From Monocercomonoides exilis PA203 (taxonomy: Eukaryota > Protista > Preaxostyla): a stretch of 64,000 nucleotides of DNA. The translations under genes were made by a program, and so were the position numbers. The notes under the pieces were generated by a model. It ran no database searches and was not told the origin of the DNA. It saw only the letters and a list, made by a program, of their open reading frames with translations. Positions 1 through 10,917 of the stretch are shown piece by piece (the stretch's first letter is position 1; every line of letters starts with the position of its first letter). The stretch is taken from contig LSRY02000023.1 of assembly GCA_001643675.2 (NCBI GenBank), positions 1,116,001 through 1,180,000 on the forward strand, written 5' to 3'.

Positions 1-829
1 CTTTTTTGTGATAAATATCCTTCCCTTGATATTGCCGGCCACTTTCCTTGCGAAAAAATACCCCAAACTGCTCTCCCTGCCTTATGCTCCTTAAATTCTA
101 TATAAATTTGTGCAGATTTTGTCCTTCACAGAATTTCATCCATAAATCTTCATTCAAAAAAGCAACAGTCGAATTTATCTTCACCTCTTGCTCCAAACAA
201 AAATTATGAAAAGTGTGAAAGTTGCACATATTCCTTTATTTCTCAATCGCTATACAATAATCAGCTCCATTCACATCGTATTGCTCTCCAAAGCGGGGAT
301 TTGCCATTTCAACAATAATTCTGATTCCTGGGCTTTGGAAAGCATACAGATGGAAATATCTTCACAACAAACAAAACAAAAAAAAATTACATACATTATG
401 TCTTTTTGTGTTATTGATGAAATTGTTGTATTCCCCTTTGCCATCCAATTGACAAAAATCATCAGATAAAATTTCAAATTTTATGCATTACCATCATTTC
501 TTGTTGTTATCACAGAAAATAATATTTCTAATTCAATAGGTAATGATTGCTCACGAAATTCTCAATCGGTGTATAAATATTCCAGTTCAAAGTAAATAAT
601 TCGATCATTGCAACCATAACATCAAAGTGAAAAGACAAAGCGTTCTGTATCTTTGTATTTACAAATCGACAACGACAACGCAAGATAGAATGGCGTGAAT
701 GCATATATTTTTTTGTCTTTTATGGGTTTTTTATATTTCATCAATTTCTCCATTTAAATATATGCGAATTCAATATGAATGATCAAAATTTTGTTGTTTA
801 ATGTTTTCAACATATTTTCAAAAATACAG

Positions 830-2240
830 GAAACAGAAAACACAAAAAAGTCCACTGGCATGCAATCATAATTGATATATATTACATATGATTCTTTCTT
901 TTTTCAATTTTTTGAAGAATTGTTTTCTGAACTTGAAGATTGCGATGAGGACGAGTAAAAACTGAAAATCGAAGAAATGAACGAAATTGTGGAATATATG
1001 GACAGAGAAGAATTTAAATCCATTTTCACAACAGAACTGTTCAATAAGATGGACAAAATGATTGAAGAAGAGAAAATTACAATGGAAAATGCAATAGGGT
1101 TACTGAAGCACTTGGGATATTACGAAGTTCTTTTGAGCTTGTGGAATTCTGCCTTTCATAGTTCATTGTTATGTGAAAGATTTGAGAAAATGATTGTTGA
1201 TGAAGATGAGAAAAATGAAGAAAAGAACGAAAACCTTTTAATTGATAGTTGTGAATGCTATCTTTTGCTTGGTAATTCTTTTTCATTTGAAACGCTTTCG
1301 ATTTGCGTGCCTTGTCTTCTAAAAGCGGCTTTGAAGAAAAAGGAAGATGAAGAAACAAAAACAGAAGTGGAAATGGCTTTATTGGGTTTTAGTTGCATTA
1401 GGAAATATTATGTGTAAGCTCTTCTATTTTATTTTTGATTGTTGAATTAGCAATTGTTTTTAAATTAGCACATCGAAAAAGAACTTTATTTAAATGAAAT
1501 CAAAGAGATAATCCAATATCATCAAGAGCACCGCAACCTCACTCAGCTTGCCTAACAGTCTGCTTGGCAGTTTTTGATGAAAAGATTATTTTTTGATGAG
1601 AATTTGGAAGAAGTCATTGCAAATGAACTGCATTTCGGAAGAGAAGCAAGAAGAGAAGTGAAAGAGCTGACCAGATGTGTGGGATGGAAGAGGAAAGAAG
1701 AAGAGAATGAAACGAGAAGAAAAGAAACGAAAGAAGAGGTTTGTTGAGATGGCTGCGAATATTGAATTTTTCTTTTCGCAGTTTTCGATGCAAATCATGG
1801 AAAGAAGAATTTGTGGCACTTTTGAGCAGCCTTGGTGATACATTTCGAGCTGCAAAGGATAATAATGGAGAAATCAGCGGGATGTGCATGAAGATATTTT
1901 TGGTAGCAGCAAATAGCAATTTGACAGAAATTGATGAGTTTGTGAAAAGTGGAGCAGTTGATCTCATTTTGGAGGAGATTGAACGATCGACAATGGATGA
2001 CGAAATAGCGAGTGAATTCTTGGCATTTTTTGATTGCATTTCATAGCAATTGAAAGGAAAGGGGGATGACGAAAGGGAAGAAGCGAAGAGAAAGATGATG
2101 AAAAGGAAAATATTTGAGAAGTTGGAAGAAGAAGGATACGAGGATTTCATCATCTGCTTCATCAAAGATTTGATTTTTATAAAAGATTGTATTATCCTTT
2201 TTTATCGTTAGATGTTTCTGATTATTTACTGAAAGTTTGA
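830..2240 (+). pseudogene. Disrupted member of an expanded helical hypothetical-protein family (ELFSELEDC...EEMNE...CVPCLLK...AYQSAW...EKLEEEGYED type)
   Basis: ORF pieces 977-1417 and 1741-2046 join through a GTAAGC intron donor (~1413) and a frameshift near 1740. In-frame stops fall at ~956 (EDE*KLKIEE), ~1553 (A*QSAW) and ~2044. The family is recognised from memory of oxymonad proteomes, and the 5' end is approximate. Confidence 0.7.
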
Positions 2241-3252
2241 GGAAATGATATGCAAAGAATATAGAAACTCAACAAATATATTTTTCTTTTTCGATTTTCA
2301 TCATTTCACAATTCAGTGAAGCTTTGTAATATTCACCTCAATTATAATCAAGACTGCAAATTTTCACCTTTTTTTTTTAAAACGATGAGTATTTTTCAGT
2401 CTGTTTATTAATATTTTTTCTAAATGATAGTTGATATTTTCTGTTTCAATATTAACAATAAAGTTCATTGAAACATTACAAATTGATAAATTTTTGAAAA
2501 ATGATGGATTTCGATAAATTTTAATAATTTTACTTATTTTTCCTGAAAAGAATTAGTAATGAAAAAAATATTCAATGAAAAAGCAGTTACGGTTATAATC
2601 ACAAAAAATCATGGATATTGGATCGTGATTATTCCCTGGCTTCACTGAAAAACTTTTTTTTTTCTTCTTTTTCTTTTCTTTTCTTTTTTTAATTAGCCTG
2701 AAAGCCACTTCAGAAATTTATGAAAAATTATTCTTCTTGAGAATGAAATATTAAAACAAGCATCCTTGATTTATCTCTTTTATTTATACATATTTGGAAT
2801 ATCATGAATACGATCATAAGAAATATAAAAAGCTCACGAATTGCGTTGTATTCTATCAAAAGGCTGTGACAAAAGAATATGAAACAAACTAAGGGTAATA
2901 AAACAGGATGCAAGATTATGTAATGAGAGTTGGCAGCTAAAAAAAAACCATCTTTAAAATGTTTTCCTTTCAAAAATAAATAAATAAATAAATAAATTCT
3001 AAAACAGTGCGGATGAATGTGATGCCTATAACAATAATCTTTTAAAGAAAAATGAATAAATAAACACAGAATTTTTATTTATTAAAAAAAGAACATAAAC
3101 AATCATCTTTTTCTTTTGTTTTTATTATTTTTGTTTTGTTTTTATTAATGTTTCATCCCTCAGCTTTCATTCGCTCTTGTTCTTTCTTTCTTTTTTTCTT
3201 TCTCTTCCTCTCCATCTTTCTCTCCATCTTAACCATCAACATTCAAGTGCAA

Positions 3253-6200
3253 TTATTCTTTGGATTCAGGAGACTTACTGCTGTCATCCGTGCTTTCACT
3301 TGCATTTTCTTCCTCTTCTTTCTCTTTCTCCTCTTTCTCTTTCTCTTTCTCTTCATTTTCCTTCTCTTTCTTTTCCTCATTGCCTTCTTTGGCCTTCTCT
3401 TCTTCCCTGTCTTTCTCATCTTTCACTTCTTTCTCATCAACCTTTTCTTTCCCTTCTTTTTCTTTTCCATCGTCAGGGCTTTTCCCGGCAATCCCTTCTC
3501 TTTTAGCTCTCCTCTCCTCTCTCCTCTTCTTCTCTTCCTCTGCTTTCTCCGCTTTCGCTTTCTCTCTCTTCTCCAGCAGCTCCACAAAATGCGTCCGGTG
3601 CACCTCCAGAAACATCAGATATGGCGATATCGACGACACATTCGCCCCAAACGGCAGCACCAGCCTCCCTCCTTCCTCCTCTCCTCCTCCTCCTCCCTCT
3701 CTCCCACCCCTTCTCCTGTGGTGTCTGTGCAGCAGTGATGACGGAGGCGGTGCCTGCGGTGTGTTCAGCTGTGCCTGGAACATGAATGTGTCGTGGTTGC
3801 GGAAGGCCAAAAAGAGCGTGTTGAAGTTCTGAGGATTCGCCAGCACAGGAGGAATCGGAGGAAGCGACATCGGATCGTCGTTGGCAGGGCGGCGGAAGCG
3901 ATACTGCTCGATGAGGGCAGCTTGGATGGCAGGGATGACACGCATGGGGATGAGACAGGGGAATTGCATGTGCTGAGTGATGAAAGGGAATATGTGGAGG
4001 AGAGTTTTTTTTTTAAAAAAAAAAAGAAAGAAAAAGAAAGAAAATGAAGAATGTGAATAACAAATATGTAAGTTGTTTCATGAAAGCACAAAGCAAATAA
4101 TATGAAAAAGATAATTTGAATTTAAAGATTTTTTAAAAAATAATAAAAAGAAAAGGAAATCTTGTACATTTCGTTAAAAAAAAAAAACGAGATGCAATCA
4201 ATCATACATATTTCACATTTCTGTTCGTCTGTCTTGCCACTTCTCCTCTCAAATCCAGCCATGATGAGAAATACATAGAAACAGCAAAGTCAATCGCCTT
4301 CACCACAAACTGATGAAGATGCTGGTACGATGGGAACTTCGAATCTGAAGCAGCAGAAGAAGAAGTAGTTGTAGAAGGAGAAGGAGATGATGAAGAAGCA
4401 GGAGATGCAGAAGAAGCATAGCTTGGTGGAGAGCTCACAAATGCTGGCAGTGTCGGGTTCCGCTCAAACACTTTGCTCTTCTCGTTCTCCTTCTCCAGAA
4501 TCCTCTCTTTCTCTTCGATGCGCCTCCTCAGCTCAGACTTCTGCTTCGACTTCTCATTCGTCTTCTCCCCCGTCTTCTCTATTTCATTCAGTTTCTTCAA
4601 CTCTGCCTCCAGTTCTGCTTTCTCCTTCTCCGTCTGCTCCTTCCGGAACTTGTTCAGTTTCTTTGTCACTTCAAACTTCTCCCCTATCCACTTCACCATC
4701 TCCTGCGCCACTTCTTCCACTGATGGCATCAGATACTGCTTCATCACAGACGCCAGCTCGTGCAACGTGGAGAAAATCTCTTTGAATGTGGAAAGGTTGA
4801 ACTCTGCTGATGTTGCCGGCACTTTCACTTTGAAGGAAGGCGGCTGCCGCGGCTGCACAGGAGGGAGATTGGCAACAGAGGGAGTGGCTGGTTGTGAGGC
4901 TGAGGGAGAGGAAGCATCTGTTTTTGCGTCTTGTGGACTGCTTTTGCCATCTGCTGACTTCTGAGACGCATCTGTTGCTGAGTTAGATGCATTAGCTGGA
5001 TTGGGGCTGTTAGTAGAAAGTGTCTTTTCTGCATTCTTCGCCTTCTCCTCTTCTTCTCTCATCAGAATCTCTCTTCTGTGCTCTTCAATCATCATCCTCC
5101 TCTTCTCCCTGTTGTTCCACGCCCGCCCTTTCATCTGCTCCTCGCTGCCCCACACCTCCCAGAACATCATCGCCAGCAGCTGCATCGAAGGGAGATGTGT
5201 CGAAGGCAGAGTCAAAGTGGCCTTGGCAAGCGAAGAGACATAGTGCATCAGCATTGGCTTGAACACAGAGTGCTTTAAGTTCGTCTCAATCTCCTTCTCC
5301 TCATACATCTGCTGTGTTTCTGTCTCCAGCTCTTCCTCTTCATCGTCCCCCAGCAACCACAGCAGGTCCACCAGCTTCTTCTCTTCCACCTCTTCTGCTG
5401 TCAGCTCCCTCGGCGCCACTTCGATTGTCTTGTCGTCTTCTCTTCTTCTTCCTTCTTCTCTGTCACCTTCACTCGATCGCAATGCCCTCATCTCCTTCGC
5501 TGCACGGCGGTGCAATCTCTCCGCCTCTGCTCGCTTCTTCTTCGCTTCTTCTTTCTTCTCTTTGTCTTTCTCTTTGTCTTTGTCCTTCTCTTTCTCTTTC
5601 TCTTTCTCTTCTCCTGTCATTGGTGATACACTTCTTGTTTTGCTGTCATCCTTCTTTTCTGATGCTTCATCTTGGTCAGATTTATCAGTCTTTTCTTCTT
5701 TCTTCTTTTCGTTTTTCTCTTCCTTCTCTTCTGATTTCGATTTTGATGTTGATGTTGATGTTGATGTTGCTTCTTCTGTGCTAATATTTCTCCCTTGTTG
5801 TGAAACTGATCTATCTTTCTTCTCCTTCCCTTCTTTTCCTTCCTTCCCTTCCTTCTTCTTCCTCTCCTCCTTCTCCCTCCTCTTCTCCTCCTTCTCCTTC
5901 TCCTTTATCTCCCTCAGCTTCATCTCCATTTCCTTCCTCTCAATCAACCTTCTCCTCTCTCTCTCCTCCTTCACCAGCTTTTCCCTGTGCTCCTTGTCTA
6001 TTCTCTTCATCTCCTTCCTCCTTCCACATGCCACAGCCACCACTAATGCAACTGCTGTGTGGAGAGGAATGAGAGAAGGATTGAATGTCTGCAAGACAGA
6101 ACACAGCACATACACAAGCAGCTGGGTGGGCAGGCCAGAGGGAAGGAAGTGAAGAGGATCTGTGAAAGAGAGATATATAGAGAGAGAAATAGATAAAGAG

Positions 6201-7381
6201 AGAAAAAGAAAGAAAAAGAGAGAGAAGAAAAGAAGAAAAAAAAGAAAGAAAGAAGAATAATGTTGCAATCAAGCAGAATTATAAAGAAAGAGCAGAAAAT
6301 AAATAAACAATAATAAATTTATAATAAAAACCTGAAAGAACCAAATGGACAGTTTTCGAGAACAAGTCAAGTGAAGACATAATTGACGGAAAGCAAGGCG
6401 CCTCCAAGAAAAACTGTGGATTGTATTCATCTGCCATTCAATTTAATCAGCAAATTTTTCGATTTGCAAATGAAAATAAAATTTCGGTTGCAAATGAATA
6501 ATTAAAATAGAGGTGAAAAAGCATAATAAATGAATTATTATTCTGTAAATATCAAAGGCAAACATGATGTTCTATAAAATGCAGACACAAGAGAAATCAA
6601 GCAATAAGGTACGTATTCGGTTGGTGGAATGTGCGCGGAATTAACTTCCAAAGGATAAAGCAATGGAAGAGATATAATTGGTAAAGTCGAAAATGAAGAA
6701 GGATCTTCAGGTTGAGGAAGTGCTGAAAGAGGAGCAGATTGGGTGTGACGAGCCGTTTTCTCGCCTTTATCAACACGAAATACAAGTGATGGTAATCGTG
6801 CTTCTCTTGGATCCATAAACGCATCAAGATCATCACAATATGCAATTGAATGAATCTTTGATTTGAAATCGCTTGAAAGCAGCAAATTCGTAAAACCAGA
6901 TCTTTGCTTTGGTGCATAGGCTTCTCCAACAACGTAAATCGTTTCAATTCTGTCTCTAAAAGATTTTGGTAACTGTTTGTATATGGAGTGAAATTCTGTA
7001 ACAGAAAAATGAAAACTCTCATCTTGATAAAATTGGGTAAGAATAACAGCTATAGTTTTCGTTGACTTACAATTTAATTAAAAAAGAAATTATATAAAAA
7101 AGTACAATTAAAAAGAAAAATAGTACCATTTCAGTCAACAGAAGAACAAAATAATGAAGAAGATATTGTCTATCTGTTGAAGAATTCATTGCATGGGAAA
7201 GTATTATATAAATCTGCCGTCCTTTTTTATCAATTCCACCAGGATATATAGGACGATGTGGAATGAATGAAGTGAAATCGTATGTCTCGCATTTTTGAAG
7301 AAATGGAATTAATTCCTGATCGGCTCCTTCTTGCCTGACTTGAGGAAGAAAGAAAAATTCTGGATTGAGGCACTCAGTCAT
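3253..7381 (-). CDS. BCH/CRAL-TRIO (Sec14-like) domain plus divergent RhoGAP-like domain (ARHGAP1/p50RhoGAP-like architecture), multi-exon
   Basis: Exon 1 encodes IYPGGIDKKGRQIYIIL...YLLHYFV. After the intron at ~7126-7066 the frame reads YKQLPKSFRDRIETIYVV, a BCH signature. RhoGAP-like segments follow: VPYCLISLV, LVYVLCSVLQTFNPSLIP and MLMHYVSSLA...LLAMMFWEVWG. Exons match ORFs 7067-7387, 6538-6885, 4202-6268 and 3253-3969. Confidence 0.65.
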
Positions 7382-8041
7382 GGACAATCAACTATTTACT
7401 TTGAGAACTTTCGAAAAAGAAAGCTAACGAAAGAAAATAAGATCTTTTCTCAAAGATCAAAAAGATCTCTTATGTAAAATAACTTTTTTGCTCTTTTTCA
7501 TCCAAAAAAATGGTGATTCAATTAAAACGTTGAAATGAGGCTGTATCAATTTGAAATAATTATAGAATTTGTTTATAATCAAATTCGTGAGTTGATTTAT
7601 TTATTACAAAAAAAAATTACAAAAATACATTAAAAAAGTTGTTTAAGAAAGTGGGATTATTTGAAACTAGCTGTTGTTGTTTCTCTCGCTAAGTTTATTC
7701 AAATGAATCTTTTGTTCTTTACAGATTATCTTGACGTTCACAAAATTTTGCAAAATATCAATTCTTTTTTGAAGATAATATGAAAATCAGTATTGAGAAT
7801 CAAATGAATTATCGAGAAGCTTATAGATTATTCAGAAAAATCAAACAACGAAGTGGTGAAAAAAGTAGCATGATAGCTTAAAATGTGGCAAATGGATTGC
7901 CATAAAATTGCAAATCAGAAAAGATAAATGATAATTGTTGATGATGATATTAAAATATTAGATTGATTAAAATAAAATTAAAATAAACAAAAAATAAAAA
8001 TAAAAAGATCCACAAAAATACAGAAAGATTTTCAAAAATAA

Positions 8042-9115
8042 CTATAATCGAGATAACTCTGCTAATTCGTTATCAACAACGTCTGGTCCTGTGTCAATAA
8101 TTGTATCGGCCATTAAATAAGAAAGAAATTGTGAAATAAATAGAAAAGAATAATAATAATAATATTTTTTATAAATGCCAATGAAGCAATTGCTGTATAA
8201 AAGAAGAAATGAAACACACTTGGTCCATCGGTAGTCGTTGCTGGTCCAGATTGTTCTGGAGCCGAATCCTTAAGAAATGAAGGAACTGCATCCATTTCGA
8301 GTTCGTCCCCAAGCAGATCAAGTTCTGCATCCAGCTCTGCTTCATCAACAAATGTATCTGTGTCATATGATCGGCTAATAATATCTGTGACTTCTTCACT
8401 TCGCTCCATCATATCTGCCATATTGTCCATCATTTTCTATAAAATTAAGGAATAATTGTTCAAATAGAAAGCATTTAAATAAATGAAGTTTTTATGAAAT
8501 CTTTACCTCTATTTTTTCAGGCGGGAGTTGTTTCATTTGTTTTTCCATTTCTTTCGATGCCACCTCAAGTGCTGAAATTGTATCAATTGCAGCTCGAGCA
8601 CTTTCCGTTGCAAATTGAACAGATTGAATATTCATGCTTTGACCCTATTAAAAAATAAGAATAAATTCCAATAGATATAAAAGTAATCGAGAATACCCTC
8701 AGTGAAGTGAGTTGATTTTCAAGCCTGTTAATAGTTCAATAATTGTTGAAAATATACGATAATGTTTCTTTAAAAAATCAAACATTTTACGTTGTCTCAG
8801 AATTTGAATTGCTTGCTGCTTTAGCTGAGTTTTAAGGCTTGGAGAATTCGTTTTCAGCATTTTTGCTTTAATTTCATTTATTTGCTTGGTTTTTGCGTCA
8901 ATATTCGCTTGAAGGTGGGATTCCCTTTGACTCATCTAAGTTTTAATTAAAATCATTGAGACATAGTATATAACATTGACAAACGCTCGCTTGAATTTCT
9001 CCCAGAGATTTTGTTGGCTGCTGATTTGATTTTCCTTTAAATTAAAAATAAGATCGCTCAATAGCAAAGCAAAAGTAGTTTTTATCCAAAATCACAAACC
9101 AAAAAATCTTTTCAT
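8042..9115 (-). CDS. VPS60: ESCRT-III subunit Vps60/CHMP5 (Snf7 family), multi-exon
   Basis: Starts MKRFFG. Contains LKQQAIQILRQRKM and DNMADMMERSEEVTDIISRSYDTDTFVDEAELDAELDLLGDE, typical of CHMP5. Several short introns; the predicted last exon is ...DNELAELSRL*. Confidence 0.9.
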
Positions 9116-9741
9116 TGAATTTGATTGTGCAAATGATTGGAAACAAAATATTGAAAAAGTATGCAAATATGGGTTCTTGACAAAAAAAAAAGTTATTATC
9201 TATTTTCATTTCCTTCAGAAGTTTTAAAAAAACTTCATTTTATTTCATTGAATTCATTTCGAAAAAACAAAAAACTTTCGAGAAGCAACTCAAAAACAAT
9301 GCAAATGTAGTTTATCCCAAACTGAATAACAACAGTTTCCAATAGAAATGAAAAATTATTGATATTGTTTTATTCCTGTGTTTTTTTAAAGAAAACTATT
9401 TTTTCATTTTTATTTTTTTCTTTTTAAAAAAAAAACTCATTCTAAAATGCAATACTCAATTATTATAAAGTATTGTAAAAGCATCACAAACGAAGAAAAG
9501 AATGCCTTAAAATTATGAAAAATAAAATTTTAAAACCGCAAATCCACGAAAAAATGTTGTGTAAAACTTCAAAACTTAAGGCATTCATCAAAAGAAAAAA
9601 TAAGTATTCACGCTTCTATTAAAAATTCATCTTGCGTGATAAGATGACAAACATAACCAGCAACAAAAAAGATAAAAAACATCAACATTTACAGAAATAG
9701 TTATCGCTTCTAATTTTTTTTTGAAAAAATTAATCTCAAAA

Positions 9742-10674
9742 CTACTTTCGAAAAGCAGCTTTTAAAGCTTTGACTCTGTTTTTAACAGCTAATTTTGTAA
9801 CCTGCTTCCCAACAAAAATGTCAAATGCGTGGAAGGTTCCTTTCATCTGCACAAGCTGCACAGGAACTCCCGCTTTTGAAAGACAATGCGAATAAAAAAT
9901 ACCTTCATCTTTTAATGAATCAAGATCCTCGACTTCAATGAAGGCAGGTGGAAGATCTTTAAATGATTCGGTTCGCAAAGCACACGAATAAGGCAATGAG
10001 CTATTTTTCATGTCACGCAAATATATTTGCCACATCTTTCGTACAAGTCGTGGATGGGTAATTGGTGCATCAGTCATGTTTTTAGCGGATGGCAAACTTT
10101 GAGTGTTGTCTATAACCGGATAAATCAACATTTGGAAACAAATATGTGGTCCATGACGATCACGAGCCATTTGAGACACCACTGCGCTTATGCATCCCCC
10201 AGCGCTATCACCGCCGACAGCAATTCGCTTGGGATCAATCTTCAGTTCAGTCGCATGATCAGAAATCCATTCAAGCGCAGAGTAGCAATCTTCAATTGGG
10301 CCAGGGAATGGACGAGTGATAGATAGTGTATATCTAACAAATGCCACTCTACATTTAGCTGCTCGGGCATATTCAAAGCACAAAGTGTGAATCATTGGAA
10401 AATCTCCAAGGAAAAAAGCACCTCCGTGATAATACACCAAGCACGGAGCATCGTCTGTCAGACCCTTTGGTGAATAAATTAAAATTTCCACATTAGAATC
10501 CTGATAACCTTTGATCTTCACAGTTGAACAACTTATATCTTTTGGGCGAGAGCACAATTTAAACCAAATTTTTCCACATAAATTTACTGAATGAATCATC
10601 CACGCTTGTATACATAATTTTCCTATTTTTAAAAATCTTGCAAATTGTAATTCCGGCAGCAGCCCAGAGGACAT
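9742..10674 (-). CDS. Alpha/beta hydrolase fold-3 (HSL family) esterase/lipase, 310 aa, intronless
   Basis: YYHGGAF oxyanion motif, GDSAGG nucleophile elbow, QMLIYP, DLDSLKDEG (catalytic Asp) and GTFHAFD (catalytic His). Confidence 0.93.
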   Translation of the reverse strand: MSSGLLPELQFARFLKIGKLCIQAWMIHSVNLCGKIWFKLCSRPKDISCSTVKIKGYQDSNVEILIYSPKGLTDDAPCLVYYHGGAFFLGDFPMIHTLCFEYARAAKCRVAFVRYTLSITRPFPGPIEDCYSALEWISDHATELKIDPKRIAVGGDSAGGCISAVVSQMARDRHGPHICFQMLIYPVIDNTQSLPSAKNMTDAPITHPRLVRKMWQIYLRDMKNSSLPYSCALRTESFKDLPPAFIEVEDLDSLKDEGIFYSHCLSKAGVPVQLVQMKGTFHAFDIFVGKQVTKLAVKNRVKALKAAFRK

Positions 10675-10917
10675 TTTCCTTGGTCAAATATCAAATTCTT
10701 TTATTATGGTCTCTGATTGAAAAAATATGATGGGCTATTATCTTATTGGAGTTTGAAAATTCAAATATTTTAAAAAATAATAACAATAATTTCAAAATAG
10801 ATGAATGAAGTTAATAAATAAAAAATTCAATAAATAATGACATTTTTCATGGAATGAAGTGATTTAATTCATTAATTCTTTTGTGAAGTGAAATATTTCT
10901 ATAAATATGTAATTATT

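Noticed and set aside
950-2046. In-frame TAA/TAG read as Gln (code reassignment known in some oxymonads)
   Set aside because: One stop sits at a likely Gln position, but another replaces Tyr (AYQSAW) and a frameshift is also present. Intact genes here end in TAA or TAG (gapN, VPS4, esterase), so the standard code with pseudogenisation fits better.
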